A stretch of 63,680 nt of DNA, the filler included, from Chiloscyllium plagiosum (lineage: Eukaryota): the NCBI RefSeq assembly GCF_004010195.1. It is 4 parts of one record of this genome, joined end to end, with 100 filler letters (N's around TTAATTAATTAA, not from the genome) between each part and the next. Parts side by side here need not be neighbours in the genome. Positions count along the whole stretch, not along the records: positions 61,352 to 63,680 come from NC_057713.1; 3 more parts are not named here. The stretch is one strand, 5' to 3'. Made by a program: the position numbers and the translations under genes. The stretch's first letter is position 1. Every line of letters starts with the position of its first letter. Of this stretch, positions 63,000-63,680 are shown in pieces. Under the pieces are notes generated by a model. That model saw only the letters and a program-made list of their open reading frames with translations. It was not told where the DNA came from and ran no database searches.

Positions 63000-63468
63000 G
63001 GCAGATTTGAGGGCACACAATCTGTACAATTTGATTACAGATAGTCAACATGGTTTCGTCAAGAGCAGGTCATGTCTCACAAACCTCATTGAGTTTTTTG
63101 AGAAGGTGACCAAGCATGTACATGAGGGTAGGGCAATTGATGTGATGTACATGGACTTCATAAAGCCTTTGTAGGTTGTTGGAGAAAATGCAGAGGCATG
63201 GAATTAAGGGTGATTTAGCAGTTTGGATTAGAAACTGGCTTTCTGTAAGAAGGCAACGAGTGGTGGTTGATGGAAAATATTCAGCCTGGAGTCCGGTTAC
63301 TGGTGGTGATCCACAAGGATCTGTTTTGGGACCACTGCCGATTGTCATTTTTATAAATGACTTAGACGCAGCCATAGGTGGATGGGTTAGTAAGTTTGCT
63401 GATGACACAAACGTCGGTGGAGTAGTGGACAATGTGGAAGAATGTTGCAGGGGGACTTGGATAAACTG
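63000..63468 (+). mobile_element. CR1 RT fragment
   Basis: SQHGFVKSRSCLTNLIEFFE, PQGSVLGP, SKFADDT. Confidence 0.9.
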
Positions 63469-63680
63469 CTGAAAATGTGTTGCTGGAAAAGCGCAGGTCA
63501 GGCAGCATCCAAGGAGCAGGAGAATCGACGTTTCGGGCATGAGCCCTTCTTCAGGAATGAGGAACGTGTGCCAAGCAGGCTAAGATAAAAGGTAGGGAGG
63601 AGGGACTTGTGGGAGGGGCATTGGAAATGCGATAGGTAGAAGGAGGTTAAGGTGAGGGTGATAGGCCGGAGTGGGAGTAG
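63469..63680 (-). mobile_element. PLE terminus (family A) inserted into CR1, with hammerhead motif at 63523-63558
   Basis: Minus strand ATTC CTGAAGA A GGGC TCAT GCCC GAAA CGTC GATT; near-identical to 20829-21014; runs off the window. Confidence 0.85.

Overview
Repeat-dominated, intronic or intergenic vertebrate DNA, almost certainly from an elasmobranch (shark): it carries an HE1/V-SINE-type SINE and dense CR1 LINE debris. No intact, recognisable host protein-coding gene is visible. Contents: many decayed and nested CR1 fragments, one full-length but disabled L1 (13.6-18.9 kb), a second L1 5' fragment, a young GC-rich Tx1-clade LINE (51.5-56.5 kb), several Penelope-like element (PLE) fragments (GIY-YIG and RT), tRNA-derived SINEs, a Harbinger-type Myb/SANT relic and LTR-like pieces. 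The strongest signal missed by the ORF track is a set of about 15 minimal type-I hammerhead ribozyme motifs (CUGANGA-N-stem II-GAAA-palindromic stem III) from at least three PLE families, with covarying stems. Most sit in paired, inverted (fold-back) insertions that have target-site duplications and a 35-37 nt single-arm tail. A Tx1 LINE and a second insertion lie in tandem at the same 15-bp site. A few candidate small host exons are noted at low confidence. Three 100-nt gaps contain an artificial TTAATTAATTAA linker, so continuity across them is not guaranteed. All calls are by eye, without database searches.
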